From positions 1 to 33,226 of the forward strand of contig CAYVGD010000001.1 in assembly GCA_964450095.1 (NCBI GenBank): a stretch of DNA of 33,226 bases, in the 5' to 3' direction. Source of the stretch: an uncultured Polaromonas sp. Lineage in GTDB: Bacteria; Pseudomonadota; Gammaproteobacteria; Burkholderiales; Burkholderiaceae_C. The stretch's first letter is position 1, and the number at the start of each line of letters is the position of its first letter. This document shows positions 32,108 to 33,226 of this stretch, piece by piece. The position numbers were made by a program, and so were the translations under genes. Below the pieces are notes generated by a model, which was given only the letters and a program-made list of their open reading frames with translations, made no database searches and was not told where the DNA came from.

Positions 32108-32946
32108 GCGTTACCTGCGAGAGCTGGAAGGGATGGCGCAGCCACCATGTCCACCACGTCCAGGCCGTGGAATGGGTCATCGTGGTTCGTGGGGTCGGGG
32201 CGAGCCGCCAACGGCGCAAACTCAGCGGCTCGCTCGCGCATGGAGCGCTGGTAGCTGGTTTCGCCTGCGCTCTGCGCGCGGCCGCCCTGCTGGGCATTTG
32301 CCAGCCACTCGGCCTTGAACCCCTGCCAGCCGCGGCTGCAGCACTCGGCCAGGGCCTGTGCCAGGCTGATGCCAGCCTTGCGCGCCTCGCGCTCGATGCC
32401 GTCCAGGGCGGTGGCGGTCAGCGGTGCCTTCTTGGCCTTGCGGATGGCCAGGAAGTCGGCCCACACCTTTTCAGGCACGTCGTCCGGCCTGCTGGCAGGA
32501 CGAGCGCGAGCAGCGCGCTTATCTTCTACGTCAGTAGAAGATATATCTCTTCTCTTCTCTTCTCTGGACCGCAATTTGTCCGCATCCGATGCGGACGTTT
32601 TGCGGGCTTCACGCTTGCGCTCCGTCTCTTGGGCGCGACGCTTAGCAGACTGTCCGTTGTGCTCGTCAAACCGGGGCGTGCAGAGGGCGTCACCGCAGTC
32701 CTCCAGCCATCCGACAGCAATCATGGCCGCGCCAAAACCAGGGAAACCAATCAGGTCGTCCACGGTGTCGGCGCTGTAACCATCCAAGCGTCCGTCCGTT
32801 GAATGGACATCAAACAGACTCCAGACCGCATGCAATGCGCCCACAACGCGCAATCTGTCCGCACGCAGTGCGGACGCCATGCGGACAACCTTGGGGCTGG
32901 TGCCCAGGTCCACGCGCATCTTGATCCAGTCGCCGGCCATGCTCAC
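32104..32946 (-). CDS. Phage replication initiator (O-like/replisome organiser)
   Basis: Motifs MAGDWIKM, PRFDEHNGQSAKRR and 'VWADFLAIRKAKKAPLT...RGWQGF'; contains internal iterons. Confidence 0.8.
   Translation of the reverse strand: MSMAGDWIKMRVDLGTSPKVVRMASALRADRLRVVGALHAVWSLFDVHSTDGRLDGYSADTVDDLIGFPGFGAAMIAVGWLEDCGDALCTPRFDEHNGQSAKRRAQETERKREARKTSASDADKLRSREEKRRDISSTDVEDKRAARARPASRPDDVPEKVWADFLAIRKAKKAPLTATALDGIEREARKAGISLAQALAECCSRGWQGFKAEWLANAQQGGRAQSAGETSYQRSMRERAAEFAPLAARPDPTNHDDPFHGLDVVDMVAAPSLPALAGNA
32520..32886. repeat. Putative replication origin: palindromic iterons and AT-rich tract
   Basis: GTCCGCAY-N3-RTGCGGAC at 32578-32596 and 32857-32875, degenerate copy at 32824-32842, half sites at 32567 and 32879. 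Also a 10-bp IR at 32520-32543 and a (TCTCT)n tract at 32546-32565. Confidence 0.7.
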
Positions 32947-33224
32947 CGCCCCCCTGCCTGCGCCTTGTGGCGACGTGGCGGCTTGGCGCGGAGGTAGGAC
33001 CAGTCAACATCGGGCCTCAAGTCTTCGCAGGCCACAAAGCCGCCCGTCAGGCGCTCGATGCGCGGGCAATGCTCGGCAGGTACACGGCGGTTGGGGAATC
33101 TCCATTGGGAGACGGCGGCCCTTGTGACCCCAAGCGCTTTGGCGAGCGCCTGTGCCGATCCTGCAATCTGGATAGCCCTATCAAGTGGAGGCGGGCTGGC
33201 CTCAGCGCTCAAGTTGTCAGTCAT
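32943..33224 (-). CDS. Cro-like HTH regulator (YdaS family)
   Basis: AIQIAGSAQALAKALGVTRAAVSQW...VPAEHCPRIERLTGG.V.CEDLRPDVDW. Confidence 0.88.
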   Translation of the reverse strand: MTDNLSAEASPPPLDRAIQIAGSAQALAKALGVTRAAVSQWRFPNRRVPAEHCPRIERLTGGFVACEDLRPDVDWSYLRAKPPRRHKAQAGGR

Positions 33225-33226
33225 GG

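Larger units (their letters stand above)
1..33226. mobile_element. Temperate short-tailed (podovirus-like) phage/prophage; both ends outside window
   Basis: Integrase, cro, replication, terminase, portal, capsid, tail, ejection and lysis genes are all present. No tape-measure or tail-tube gene was recognised. Confidence 0.93.

Overview
The window is about 33 kb of a GC-rich temperate podovirus-type phage or prophage. A Betaproteobacteria-like host is inferred only from composition and gene style. A 5'-truncated tyrosine integrase (+) converges on one long minus-strand gene run. That run reads, in transcription order: cro-like gene, O/P-like replication genes with palindromic iterons, NinB/HNH/RusA nin-type region, TerS, an accessory insert, TerL, portal, scaffold, major capsid, tail fibres/RBP, a four-gene membrane/lipoprotein cluster, tail adaptor/nozzle, GNAT, three ejection proteins, a 2454-aa polyvalent virion protein, endolysin and holin. 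Four signals are not in the ORF track. (1) An antisense sigma70 promoter, ~90-nt hairpin RNA and U-tract are hidden inside the giant gene right after its LPD3/BECR-like domain. (2) A 55-aa +1-frame gene is nested in the same giant gene after its DdrB-ParB-like region. (3) A ~260-nt multi-domain structured RNA leader with repeated U(C/U)GC loops precedes the capsid gene. (4) A bipartite motif ACAAAAATCCR-N16-GSCRAANAAT recurs upstream of late gene blocks. Signals (1) and (2) suggest an injected effector protein carrying its own embedded RNA and peptide antidotes or regulators; this is a hypothesis. All family assignments are from motif recognition by eye, with no database searches run.
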